Positions 1 to 11,546 of a DNA stretch of 64,000 bases are shown piece after piece. Origin of the DNA: Lobosporangium transversale (taxonomy: Eukaryota); assembly GCF_002105155.1 (NCBI RefSeq), contig NW_019029016.1, positions 310,001 through 374,000 on the forward strand, read 5' to 3'. The position numbers and the translations under genes are program-made. The notes under the pieces are model-generated. The model was not told where the DNA came from and did no database searches. It worked only from the letters and a program-made list of their open reading frames with translations. Position 1 is the stretch's first letter; every line of letters begins with the position of its first letter.

Positions 1-37
1 CCGCATTCATTTTAGATCACTACTGCTACTTCCCCTT

Positions 38-957
38 ATGTCTATCACTCAAGATGAAACCATCGCTTCACTTCAACAACAACTGGCTACGTTGGCTAGC
101 CAATTCGCTGATCTTCAGCGCTCCAAGGAGGAACAAGATCTAGCCATGGAGACCCCTACTCTCATTCAAACTTACAAGCCCACACAAGATGATCTCGAAC
201 GCTTCCCCTTCTTGGAACCAAAAGATCCTTCTTCCGTCTTTCAACAAGACATTACCGACGAGAAGCTTTGGGAACAGTTCAGACAATTTCCAAAAACATT
301 CATTGGCCATATGAACCTCCCAAGCTCCCTTCAGCTGTTTCTCTTAAAACCCATCAAAAACATCATGATCAACAACTTCGAGCGCTACAAAAACGGTTAC
401 TCAACCTTACTCGCCCACTACATTTGTTCGCTCACCAAATCACTTCCATGGAAATCGATGATAAAATGGGTACCGAAGACATCGCCGACATTTGCGGCAC
501 CTTTGTCACACTTATGCAGGAACAGATTACTGGTACGATCGGCAGGATCAACAACATGCGACTTGAAAATCTTCATGCCGCAATGGGCTCAACCTACAAG
601 CAAACATCATTGGAACTTGTGGATCCAACTAAATTCCAGGAGGAAATTAAGACCAATAAAGCCTTACAAAATTTTTTCAGCCCCCGACAGTTTCAAACTA
701 GCAGTAGTTCAGATAGAAAAAATAAGACAAACTCTAATTCGTCTTACAACTACAAATTTGGCAACAAAAGCAACGAAGGCCGTTATTTTTACGGGGACAA
801 CAATTACAGACGGGGGGACAACAACTACAGGCGAGGAGACAGCAACAGCCGAAGAAAGGACAGCAGCTACCGGAGATCAGACAGCCGCCGGAGAGACCGA
901 AGCAGCAGCCGCCGACGACAAGAGAGAAAGTCGGGGGAAGAATCACACTCTTCTTAA
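38..957 (+). pseudogene. DIRS-A gag-like ORF1, one frameshift near 295
   Basis: Frame 38 reads to QFPK and the protein-like sequence continues in frame 268 (NIHWPYEPPKLP...LTRPL). The shift lies in an A5 run. Basic R/S/N-rich C-terminus. Confidence 0.75.
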
Positions 958-2830
958 ACGCATGGCGAAATGTTACAAAAGATCAAACACTCCTAGAGAT
1001 AGTCAAGGAAGGTTACTCTATCCCGCTCTTGAACGCACCCCCAATTTCAACATCCCATCCTCCACCTTACCCGCTATCGGAGAAGGCGACAAAGAGTGTG
1101 GACAACGAAGTGCCCGCTTTGCTAACGAAGGGTGCAATAGAATTCGCGAGTGGACCCGGATTTACAAGTCCGCTCTTCACAATCCCCAAAAAGACTGGAG
1201 ACGAAAGACCTGTCCTAAACCTGAAAGCATTAAACCAGTACTTACCTACACAACACTTCAAGATGGAGACAATCCATCAAGTATGCAATCTAATAAAGAA
1301 AAACGATTATCTTACCAGTATAGATCTGAGCGATGCATTTCTTCATGTGCCGATACACCCAGCATCACGAAAATATCTTCAATTCCAATGGAGGGAACAA
1401 CTGTACCAATTCAAGGTCCTACCATTCGGACTCTCCCTAGCACCATTGATTTTCACCAAGATACTGAAGCCTCTACTTCAATGGGCACGAACAAAAGGAA
1501 TAAGAATATCAGCTTACCTCGACGACCTGATAATCGCAGCACCGAGCAAGGAATCATCCCAACGTGCAACAGCACTAGTCTTGACAAAACTGAAAAGCCT
1601 AGGTTTCTTGACAAAGGAATCCAAGTCGAGTCTTCAACCGAAACAGATACTGGAACATCTGGGATTCGAGATAGATACAACGACGATGACCCTGAGTGTA
1701 CCGGGCAAGAAAATCCGGGACATTCGTCGAGAAGCGTCCAAACTGGCCAACAAAGGGATCTGCACAGTCCGTCAGCTATCATCCTTCATAGGCAAAGCGA
1801 GCGCAATGACAGCCGCAGTCTTTCCAGCTCGCCTCAAGGTTCAGCACTTCATGGCAGACAAGATTCATGCATTGAAAAATTGGATCCCTCATGGGAACGC
1901 TCAATATCTCTGTCAACCAAAGCAACGGAGGAACTCCTTTGGTGGAGAACACATCTCAAATCATGGAATGGGAAGACATGGATCGCAACCAACCCAGAAG
2001 TCGACATTTACACCGACGCATCGGATTCAGGATGGGGCGTAGTCATCAACAACCAGACAATCAAGGGATCTTGGTCAGACAGTCTTCGAGAACGACACAT
2101 CAATTACAAGGAAATGCAGGCCATTTTCTACGCCCTGAAACAACCAGAAGTGAGGGGACGCACAGTGAACGTGATAACGGACAACATCACGACAATGGCT
2201 TACATCAACCACTTCGGCGGGACACGATCTCCAGCACTGATGACGCTAGCGACATCGATATGGGAATGGTGCCTGAAGACAGAGACAAGGATCAAGACAA
2301 CCTACGTGCCCTCAGCATTCAACCCCGCAGACGCCCCATCCCGGCGCCTGACAGGACAACTAGAATGGAGCATCGACAAAGAATTCTTCAAAAAGCTCCA
2401 AAGACGATGGGGCCCTCACCACGTCGATCTATTCGCCTCGCCAATAAACAACAAAGTGACGAAGTTCATGAGCTGGGAACCAACTGCAGGAGCAATAGGG
2501 CACAACACCCTTCAACATCATTGGCGCCAATTCGGCAACGTTTACTTATGCCCGCCGTGGAAGCTCATCCCCCTAGTATTGGAGAAAATCCGAGAGGAGA
2601 AGATAGAAGCAACCTTAGTGACACCTTATTGGCCTTCGGCGATGTGGTATCCAACAATCAAGATGATGGCAGTGGACCATCCAATACCAATACCTCGCCA
2701 TCAAGTTCTCCCAGCGCCGGGAAACGCACCAGACATTCTGGCCAAAAATCCCCATTGGTCATTATGCGCTTGGAGGGTAAGAGGCGACGACTCGAAGCGA
2801 AAGGCTTCGACCCAGCCACGGCATCGATAG
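930..2830 (+). pseudogene. DIRS-A pol: reverse transcriptase, RNase H and methyltransferase-like domain; frameshift near 1880
   Basis: VGGRITLFLNAW start, IDLSDAFLHV, LPFGLSLAP, YLDD; RNase H YTDASDSGWG and HINYKEM; MT-like VDLFAS...YLCPPW. Confidence 0.92.
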
Positions 2831-3762
2831 TTGTGGACAGTCCTGAGTTACAACGCAAGCAACGCGCATACGCCAAGATACAAGACAGGTATATCCAGTG
2901 GGCCACAGCACGCAATGTAGTCGCCATGGTACCACAGCCACCTCAACTATGTAACTGGCTTGCCTCCGGAGTCGCAATCCACGGATGGTCAGCTTCAACA
3001 GTGGACGCATATAAAGCCGCAGTCATTCATATGTATGACGACAAGAGCACATTCAACGATCCGGACTTTCTGTTATTTTTCCAAACTCTACGTCGTCGTG
3101 AGATCAAGCATACAAAGGAACTCAATATAGACATCAAACCCGCTGTCGAATATTTACAACAACTAGGGCCTAACAGTTCTCTCACTCTCCTTATTCTCAC
3201 ACAAAAACTGTGTTGGCTACTCGGTACATGTGGGTTTCTCCGACCAAACGATATCATGTGTATCGATCTATCAAATGACAAATTCCATATCGATGGCATC
3301 GTTGTAGTCCTTCCAATTTTGATTCCCAAGGAAACACGTGGTGGCAGCAGGATATGCAAATACACCACAGTTAAGAATCACACCGACAGTTCCCTTTGCC
3401 CGGTGATGACCTTCACCGAACATCTCAAAAGGATTGAGACTCACGCTATCAGCGTACCGCACCCTAAGGACCAAAGCATTCGATATCGTCCTTTAATACG
3501 AGATATCAGAGACCTCAAAAAACCCGTGGGAGCTGATCGAATAAGCAATCATATCTCAGCCATCAGCAGCAAGCTCATTCTTCCAAATGGCTCCAAGTTA
3601 CCCAAAGCCAGGGCTATTGGTTCCACCCAAGCCATTAAACAAGGCGCCAGTGTCGACGATGTAGTGGTACAAGGCAATTGGTCTTCATCAATTCTGTTCG
3701 ACAAGTTCTATCGACTGAACGCAGCAACAGCCACTAATTTCACCTCGATGATACTGTCTTAA
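2765..3762 (+). CDS. DIRS-A tyrosine recombinase (start approximate)
   Basis: GFLRPND, PKETRGG, LCPV, PKARAIGST, GNWSS and FDKFYRL motifs in an open frame. Confidence 0.9.
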
Positions 3763-4113
3763 GGAATCTGCTCTGGATCCACATATATGGTCCTGGCTCG
3801 ATGGATAGTAGCTGGCCAAGTCGAATAACATGACGACTTAAGCTTATTATCCGAGAGCCAGGACCATATATGTCCCACCCTATACCCACCCTTTTGTCTT
3901 TAGTTTTACTATTTTTTCCTGGCTCACTATCAAGAAGATGCAGATCCAACTTGGTAGCAGAGCAGATTTATGTATATATAGTTTATTTCTTTTATTTAAG
4001 GGTAGTTTTCTGAAAAGTTCGCTAAATTAGGCAATAAAAGAAGATAACACATATATGGTCCTGGCTCTCTGATAATAAGCTTAAGTCGTCATGTTATTCG
4101 ACTTTGCCAGCTA

Positions 4114-4241
4114 TTCCTATGTCAAAATATAAACCTTTTGCTGCTGTAGACAATGTTTCTTTTTGTTGTCTTACGAGGCTAAGCATTAAATTTTCTAACG
4201 AGGCAAGAGCCGACCGTGGCTTCGCCACGGTCTCCGGCTCG
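4114..4241 (+). mobile_element. Helitron 3' terminal fragment
   Basis: Near-identical to the reverse complement of about 56562-56689; subterminal hairpin ccgtggc-ttc-gccacgg followed by CTCG|T. Confidence 0.9.
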
Positions 4242-4265
4242 TAATGCTAATAATAATAATAATAC

Positions 4266-4650
4266 CTGATAAATCACTCTTTGTCTTAATTTCGTTTGTT
4301 GATGATGATATATATTGGTCAAGAATGGTCTTCGACTGTCGTTGACCAAAAGTTTGTGCCGAGACTAATGCCCGATTGGCTACGACCTCTGAGTTAACTG
4401 TAACTTCCAGTTTGGCCCAAAACCTTTCTTCGTGATGTTGGCGAAAATTTTCAAAGGCCTCTTGCAGTCTTTGTTTTCTGTTTTTACGGATATTATGATA
4501 GGATATGAGTATTTGATATGCATCCGTCGTTGACTCTTGATGACTAAGTTCGAACTTATTAACGAAGTTTTCCAATGAGACATGCTCGATGCCCTCAGAT
4601 TTTTCCATGAGCCATTCCAGGTGTTCTTGTGGAATTGAAGATGTAGCTAA
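4266..4650 (-). pseudogene. First-exon fragment of an unknown gene, truncated by the Helitron end
   Basis: Protein-like helical ORF (SLENFVNKFEL...AYQILIS...ERFWAK) ending at a GT donor near 4265; no clear ATG; positionally equivalent to the first exon at 15490. Confidence 0.5.
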
Positions 4651-4716
4651 TCGTAAAAAAGTAGTAAGTACATGTAATAAAGCGTTGTGATAATAAATAT
4701 TCCTGTAAAAATTAAT

Positions 4717-4912
4717 GGGCACTGCTGCAACCACTTCAACCGCTCGGCTGAGACCAGCGGTACACAGCTGGAGTGAATGAAGCGGGGCCTCACAGTATTC
4801 TTGCCCATTGTAATGCAGTCGGATTATTGAGGGCACTGCTGCGGCCACTTCAACCGCTCGGCTGAGACCAGCGGTACACAGCTGGAGTGAATGAAGCGGG
4901 GCCTCACAGTAT
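4717..4912 (-). repeat. Two 82-bp GC-rich direct repeats (4717-4798, 4831-4912)
   Basis: Copies differ at 2 positions; the minus strand forms nested stems. Confidence 0.9.
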
Positions 4913-6270
4913 ATTTACCCTCTGTACGACGCCAAATTTGAAAGAACTAGAAGACCATCAAATTACTTTACCCTTACTGGCCATTTTCTATGTAGAGAGA
5001 GAGAGAGAGAGAGAGAATGAAATAGATGTTAGGTGTAAAGACAGGCGTAAAAAAAAGGCGCGGAGAAAAATAAAATAGTCTACAGAAATAAAAAAAACAA
5101 ACAGGACCAGGAAAAGAAAATAATCAGTAGAACAAGTCAATGTAAAAAATAAGATCACAGAGTGACGAATGTACTTATGAGAGCAAGTGAAAAAGCAGCG
5201 TGAAGAGGAGGTATAATGGGTTGGTGATCAGAGGAAATAAAAAATATGCAAAGCGAGAAAAAAAAATTGGTGCACAAGAGAAAAAATTGGAGAGGGTGCG
5301 TACAAAGACAAGATTGAAAAAAAGTTCAGAGAGAAAAAAAGCTGTGCAAAGGAAAAATAGTGCACAGAGAGAGCCAGAGAGAGCGAGAGAGAGAAAAAAG
5401 ATACACAGAGAAGGGAGAAAAAAAAATGCGCAGAGAAAAGTGTGTCGAGAGAAGCGAAAAAAAATAAAATTGGTGCGTAGAATAAAAGTACATCGAGAGA
5501 AAGAAAAGAAAAAGAATAACGCAGAGAGAAAATAGGTGCGCAATGTGAGAGAATAAATAGATGCGCAGAAAGATAGTAGAAAAATGGAAGTCAAGTGTGA
5601 TTGAAGGAAATTAAACGCGAAAACAAAGTCATCATCCGCTAATTAATCAATTAATTAAATAAATTAAGCATAATTACCTTGATGTAAACGGAAAAGCTGC
5701 TCAAGACTATATTTCTTAAAAGGAAAATAGTTGGGGAAAAGTATGTAAAAGAAGGATAGAGTTGTCGAGAGGATAATCAGTAATGATGGTAATTATGATG
5801 ATCGTGGAAGCGAAAGAAAGAGATTAATTGAAAATTAATAAGCTGTGGGAAGGTGGAGTGGCTTACCCCATTTGTACGTAATTTTATTTAGTGAGCATGG
5901 TTAGACAATGCCAGAGATCAGAGAGCCGATACCCTCTGTCGCCTGTTGGATCTTCTCAAGTCCATGTTCATGTTGTTATTCATGGGAAGGAGAGAGATCA
6001 TCCTAGTGCCATTTTTTTTTTTTTTTTTTTTTTTTTGTAGTACAGTCCAGTGTAGTATTGCGTAGTGAGTCTAGTGTAGCTAATAGCATTGTAGTATAAT
6101 ATAGTAGTATAGTTAGTGCAGTGGGAAAGATTATTTCCTTGCGGTGTCAGCGTGAAATAAAAAAAAGGCTACAGTAATTACATGTATACTAAGATCTAAA
6201 ATGCAGTAGATGTTAATAAAACGTCGATAAACTTACATTAATACAACAAATAACAACTAACAAATGTTCG

Positions 6271-6690
6271 TCGCCACTACCACATGGCCGCAGCCAAAAC
6301 CAACACAACCAACCACTTTCATTGAGCAGGCAACAAAAGGGCAGTGAACACTGACTATGAAAATCAGTGAACTTTGGCAGTAAATAGTGGGGGCCGCAGC
6401 CCAACTACGAACAAGAGATCACTCGCCGCCTCTGCCACATGGCCGCAACCAAAACCAACACAACAACCTCTTTTATTGAGCGAGCAATAAAAGGGCAGTG
6501 GACGCCAATTATGATAATCGACGGACTTTGGCAGTAAACAGAGGGAGCCGCAGCCCGCCTCATAATAAAATTAAAATGTATACACAAAAAAACTATGGAA
6601 AAAACTACAGTCAAATGTCACCGCCACCGCCACATAACTGTAGCCAAACAGTGGACAACAGCCATAAAGCCGATGAACTTGGCAGACCGT
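6271..6690 (-). repeat. Three diverged tandem structured units (about 6271-6402, 6430-6556, partial 6620-6690)
   Basis: Units 1 and 2 share ccacatggccgca...gggcagtg...actttggcag; the third is shorter and more diverged. Stems are preserved between copies. Confidence 0.85.
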
Positions 6691-6849
6691 ATCCCATCTA
6701 CAAGTGCCTAATAGTAAGTGGAGCAGACACAGCTTACCTCTGATTGACTTGAAAAAAATCCGCGTAGAGAGAGGTAAAAAAATATCTGCTAAGTAAAACA
6801 AAAAGGTAGGTGGAGGTGAAAGACAAGATGCTTAAGAGCTAAAAATCTG

Positions 6850-6879
6850 TGCGGAGAGAGAGAGAAGAGAGAGAGAGAA

Positions 6880-6915
<36 letters not shown>
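6850..6915. repeat. (GA)n microsatellite in a purine-rich tract
   Basis: Direct reading. Confidence 0.9.
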
Positions 6916-6917
<2 letters not shown>

Positions 6918-7793
6918 CGCTGATTAAAAAAATGCTTTTCTTGCGAGTATATGTGTGATTGATCGAGGATTGTTAAAAAAAAAAATAGGCAGTGAGAGAT
7001 AATAAAGGAATGCAAAAAGAGAAAAGTGGACAGAAGGAGGCAGAGAGAGTCCAAAAAATAAAGAGATAGCAATGAGAGAGGGAGTGGGCAGTGAAAGCGA
7101 TATAAACTGTGTAGTGTAAAATAAAAAATAGATGTGCAATGAGATGAACTAAAAAGGCGTGAAGAGGCATGCACAGTGGTAAAAAAAGTTGCGCAGTAGA
7201 AAAATAATCATACAAGAGGTAATCAGACGAGTAAGCGAGTCATCTACAATCCATTAAATAAAATTGGGCGTAATTACCTTTAATTAAATGTGTAAGTAGT
7301 TCTAAGTGGTTTAAGTGGTTCTTTCAAGGAAGCGAGAGAGGGGGAAAGGCAGGTAAACAGAGCGAGGATAGTGCCGAAGATGTTGGATGGAAGGAAAAAG
7401 ATGATTGAGTATTTAGAAAATGGTCTACTGAATGGTCTACGAAGGACGACCTATTCACATTGTCATAGGTACCATGGACGTATGTGTGTCACCTTTCTTC
7501 ATTGAAAATCCGACGAGAAATAAAGAAAAATAAACTAAATAAAAAGATCCCTCTGCCCTGCAACTCTGATCTACATCTACTTCTCGAGCCAAAAAGGGGT
7601 AGTGTGGGTGGGACATACGTCCATGGTACCTATGACAATGTGAATAGGTCGTCCTTCGTAGACCATTCAGTAGACCATTGTCTACGGTACCATGTCCGTA
7701 TGTGGCTCCAGAGGGATCGCCAAAGAGAATTAAACTAAAACAAAACTAAAACTAAAAGAAAACTGAACGAAATGAACAACTAACTAAAGAAAT

Positions 7794-8760
7794 CTAGCCT
7801 AGAGTGCTCATGGACATGTTGTTGGAGGTGGCACTCGACAAACGGTAGTGCTTCTCGAAGACTTTCGGGGACGACCAATTCCCTTGCACCATGATATCAG
7901 CCACTGGTACGCCTGCTATAGCCGCGAGCGTAGAACCTAAGGCTCGGAGCTTAGGAGCTTTCTTGTCTCCTAAATCCATCAGCGAAGAAATCCTACCCAT
8001 GTGGGAGCCAATAGTAGTCGCACGCGCCGGCTAGGTGTGGTCTTTCACAAATCTAATCAAAGGTACAATGCTTCTTGTTGGGTCCTTCGGATGAAGAGAG
8101 GTAGTGGAAGGACAAGACAGCCTGTCCAGGTAAGCGGTGTATGCGTCGACAGGGCATAGCTTCTTGTCAAAGTGAGAACCAATGGTCACATGCTTAATGA
8201 TACGTTGTCCATCACTCTTCTCTTTTGGGAAAACAACAACAAGCTGAAGCTTCCCTAACACAATCTTTGAGAGACTGACATCTACACATCTGATGTCGTC
8301 TGGTCTCATGAAGCCACAGACGCCTAAGAGCCAACACAGCTTCCATGTAAGCTCCTCAAAAGGCAACTCCATATTTGCTGATGACTGCCGAAAATGGTCC
8401 AAAACAGGTGTGATGTCAAAGTGACCAGGCCTGGACTCAACGACACCTTCTTGCTTACCAGCCTTGAGGAACTGGCGGTAGTATTCATCTGATCGTACTC
8501 TCTCTGGGTCACGAAATAGGGCGAGGACAGCCGACTTCATGGTCATCAGCGTGGACCACTTCAAATTGCGAGCGACCCGCACGTAGTGTAGCCAGTTCAC
8601 TACTGGGATCGCGGGGTTAATCCCTTGTTCGAACGAGCCCTCTTTCAGCCAAGTGACGAATTCAGCTTGATGCTTTTCGTACTCTCGCTTGGTGCTCTTG
8701 GATCCTTTGTGAGCACAGATAAACTCAGTCACCGCTGGCGAGAGGCCATCTATGAGCATC
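7794..8760 (-). pseudogene. DIRS-B tyrosine recombinase with in-frame stop at 8031
   Basis: GFMRPDD, PKEK, LCPV, then KDHT*PARATT continuing to PKLRALGST, GNWSS, FEKHYRL. Confidence 0.9.
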
Positions 8761-10620
8761 CTCGTCCTCTTACTCTCCACGCGGTAAGGCCCCAGTGTGG
8801 ATTCTTGAGCAGGATGTGCGCGTCGCTTCCTGGTGGAGGAAGAACACATGTTCGTGGAATCGGTAAAGGGGGTTGGGTCGCCATTGCCTGTATCTTCGGG
8901 AACCAAATCGCCGATGGCCAAAATGGAGTAATTATGGTCGCTTCCAGGCCTTCCTGGTCTAGCTTCTGCAGGATCCTTGGAAGTAAGTTCCATGGAGGAC
9001 AGATGTAAAGGTTGCCCAAGTGGCTCCACTTGTGTCTCAGCGCATCGAAGTCCACTGCCAAAGGATGAGGTTTCCATGTCATGAACCGAGGAAGCTGGTT
9101 GTTGCTGGGCGATGCAAAGAGATCTATCCGATGAGGCCCCCACTGCTGGTCTAGACGACGGAAAAATGACGGGTCCAACCTCCATTCGAGCTGCGCTTGC
9201 ATCCGGCGTGATGGTGCATCTGCTGGATTGAATACTGAAGGTACATATGTGGCCCTGAGTCTTGTGCCTGTTGCTAGACAATGCTTCCATATTTTGTCCG
9301 CCAGGTCCATCAGAGGTTGTGAACGAGTTCCGCCAAACCGGTTGATGTAAGCGATGGTGGTTGTGTTGTCGATTACTAGGTTGAGCATCCTCCCTTGTGT
9401 TTGCGGTAGAGTGACTGCGTAGTACACGGTTAGTAACTCTTTTAAATTGATGTGTTGGTGGCGTATGTTTGGTGGCAATAGCCCTGTCCAAGTGCGCTGT
9501 CCTATGACGATCCCCCAGCCTTGGTCGGAGGCGTCTGTGTACACGTCCATCTGAGTTGGCGACTGAATCCATGACGTCCCGTTCCACTCCTTGAGTTGGT
9601 GTGTCCACCAATCCAGATCGGCTCGAGCTCTGTCGTCCAGTGAGATCGTCGTTTCCCAAGATGACCCCTGATGGCTGAGTGCTCTGTTCTTCAATGCCAG
9701 AAGATGCCGCGTCATTAGACGAGCTGGAAATACTGCTGCTGTCGTCGCCATGGCTTTCCCTATGAACGTAGCCAAGTTGCGAACCGTCGTCCATCCATTG
9801 CTGAGCATCTTCGCTGCTTCTCGCCGTATGTCCCTGACCTTGGACTTCGGTACCGAGAGGGTCATGTCGGTGGTGTTGATGGCGAAACCCAGATGATCTA
9901 GACATTTCGTTGGCATCAGAGAGGATTTCTCCTTGTGATGAGAAATCCAAGAGACTTGAGTTTGTCCAGGACAAGATTCGTGTGCTCTTCTGCTTGGGCT
10001 TTGGAGCTGGCCATGATCAACAGATCGTCGATGTAAGCTGTCAGCCGTATTCCTCGACGCCTCGCCCATCTCAACACCGGGCGTAGGACCTTCGTGAAGA
10101 CTAACGGCGACAGTGACATCCCGAAAGGTAGAGTGCGAAACTGATACAGCTGACCCTTCCACTGAAACTGAAGGTAAGGACGAAAATGTGGATGAATCAG
10201 CACATGAAGGAAAGCATCTTTGAGATCGATGCTCGTCAAATAATCGTTCTTCTGAAGGGTATTGCATACTACCTGAATCGTCTCCATCTTGAACGAGTCT
10301 GTGATGATAAATTGATTGAGAGGACGTAGGTTGAGGACAGGCCGGAGGTCCCCTGTCTTCTTGGGGATAGTAAACAAACGACTCTGGAAACCAGGTCCCG
10401 AAGCGTGCTCTATGGCTTTTTTGGCCAGAAGTGCGATCACTTCGTTCTCTATCGCCAGTGTCTCCTCCTTGGATAGATGCGGGGAAAGGGCTCTTGATGT
10501 GTGTGTTATTGGAGGTTGTCTGTGGAAGGGAATCTGAAAACCGTTTCCAATCACGGAGCGGACCCACCTGTCGTCCGTGAAGAGCCTCCAAGCCCTCGAG
10601 TAGAGGTGCAGACGGCCTCC
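8750..10620 (-). pseudogene. DIRS-B pol (RT, RNase H, MT-like), frameshift near 9930
   Basis: IDLKDAFLHV, LPFGMSLSP, YIDD, YTDASDQGWG, IDLFAS, YICPPW. Confidence 0.92.
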
Positions 10621-11546
10621 TACTGGCTCTTGTTGGCGCTGCCGCGTCCCCGTCCACGGCTGCCTCTGTAAAAATACTGTCCCTGCTGGTTGTTATGCAT
10701 GGGCTCTCCATACCCGTAAGTGAGCTGAGGAGGTGTGGCTTGTTGTGCTTGATGGTGATTCGCTGGTGAATAAGGTTGCAATTGTGATGGGAATTGCTGT
10801 AACTGTTGCTGCTGGTGGGGGTACATGTTAAAGTAAATACCCCTGCTGCGAGAACCGGAATTGCGGCCGGATCCTCTGTTTTGCAAAGCTGCCTTGCGAG
10901 GCTTGTTGGCCTCCTGGTGCTCCTCAGCAGCTTTAATTCAGGCTGCAATATCATCTTTGGGGATAGTTGCAGTCTTTTCATGATCAGGGGCTGGCTTGAG
11001 GCCCTTTGCGCACACAAAGTTATCCATGCGCAGATCGGTGATTTGGCGTGCTGTAACGGCCAGATGAGATCGCATGACATGCCCAAAATCTGCGACGATC
11101 TGCCGTAATGCAGGATCGTGCACTTTGTGAAAGTATTCTGCCAGGAATTCGTCCAAGGGTCGCGTAGCGTGGGCCTGACGTTCCTGTAGTTAGGATAACC
11201 ACTTGTCCACTCGTTGAAAAGAAGTGGTCTCCTGAGGCCAAGGCAACTCAAGAGAGGGGGCTTTGTACTGCTGATCTGGGTTCTTGGGATAGAGGACATA
11301 CTCGGTGAGGATGTTATCGTCGCCAGAGTTGTCCGGGGGACGGAAGAAATGAGAGCCGTCAAGCGAAGGTACAGCCGCTTTGAGGGTATCATAGGGGACA
11401 AGTATCTTGGCCTGTGGGCGATCAATGGTGATGGGGGAAGGAGAAGGGGAGGAAGAGTTGGCCTGCGTAAGGGCAGCCACCTGCTGACGAAGAGTGTTGA
11501 TTTCATGGAGTGCATTATGAGTGTTGTCGGTAGAATTGTCGCTCAT
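10620..11546 (-). pseudogene. DIRS-B gag with two in-frame stops (11190, 10938)
   Basis: Three same-frame ORF pieces; homologous to DIRS-A gag (LQ.R....TRPL); RGG/Q-rich tail. Confidence 0.8.

Larger units (their letters stand above)
1..4113 (+). mobile_element. DIRS1-like tyrosine-recombinase retrotransposon, family A (left end outside window)
   Basis: gag, RT/RNase H/MT and YR ORFs overlap in DIRS order. An internal complementary region (ICR) at 3781-3873 has its reverse complement at about 4048-4113, marking the right terminus (...gccagcta). Confidence 0.93.

Noticed and set aside
38..2830. 930-aa ORF as a single protein (likewise 8750-11515, 1891-3762 and 8031-9974 at full length)
   Set aside because: These are composites of overlapping DIRS frames joined by frameshifts; only parts carry real motifs.
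5175..5594. K/R/E-rich and F/L/S-rich ORFs (also 6839-7215, 16181-16429, 24443-24682)
   Set aside because: By-products of purine/pyrimidine-skewed low-complexity DNA.
4717..6690. Hammerhead, HDV or twister ribozyme in the tandem modules
   Set aside because: Core motifs (CUGANGA/GAAA, HDV L3 and catalytic C, twister loops) were not found by eye.
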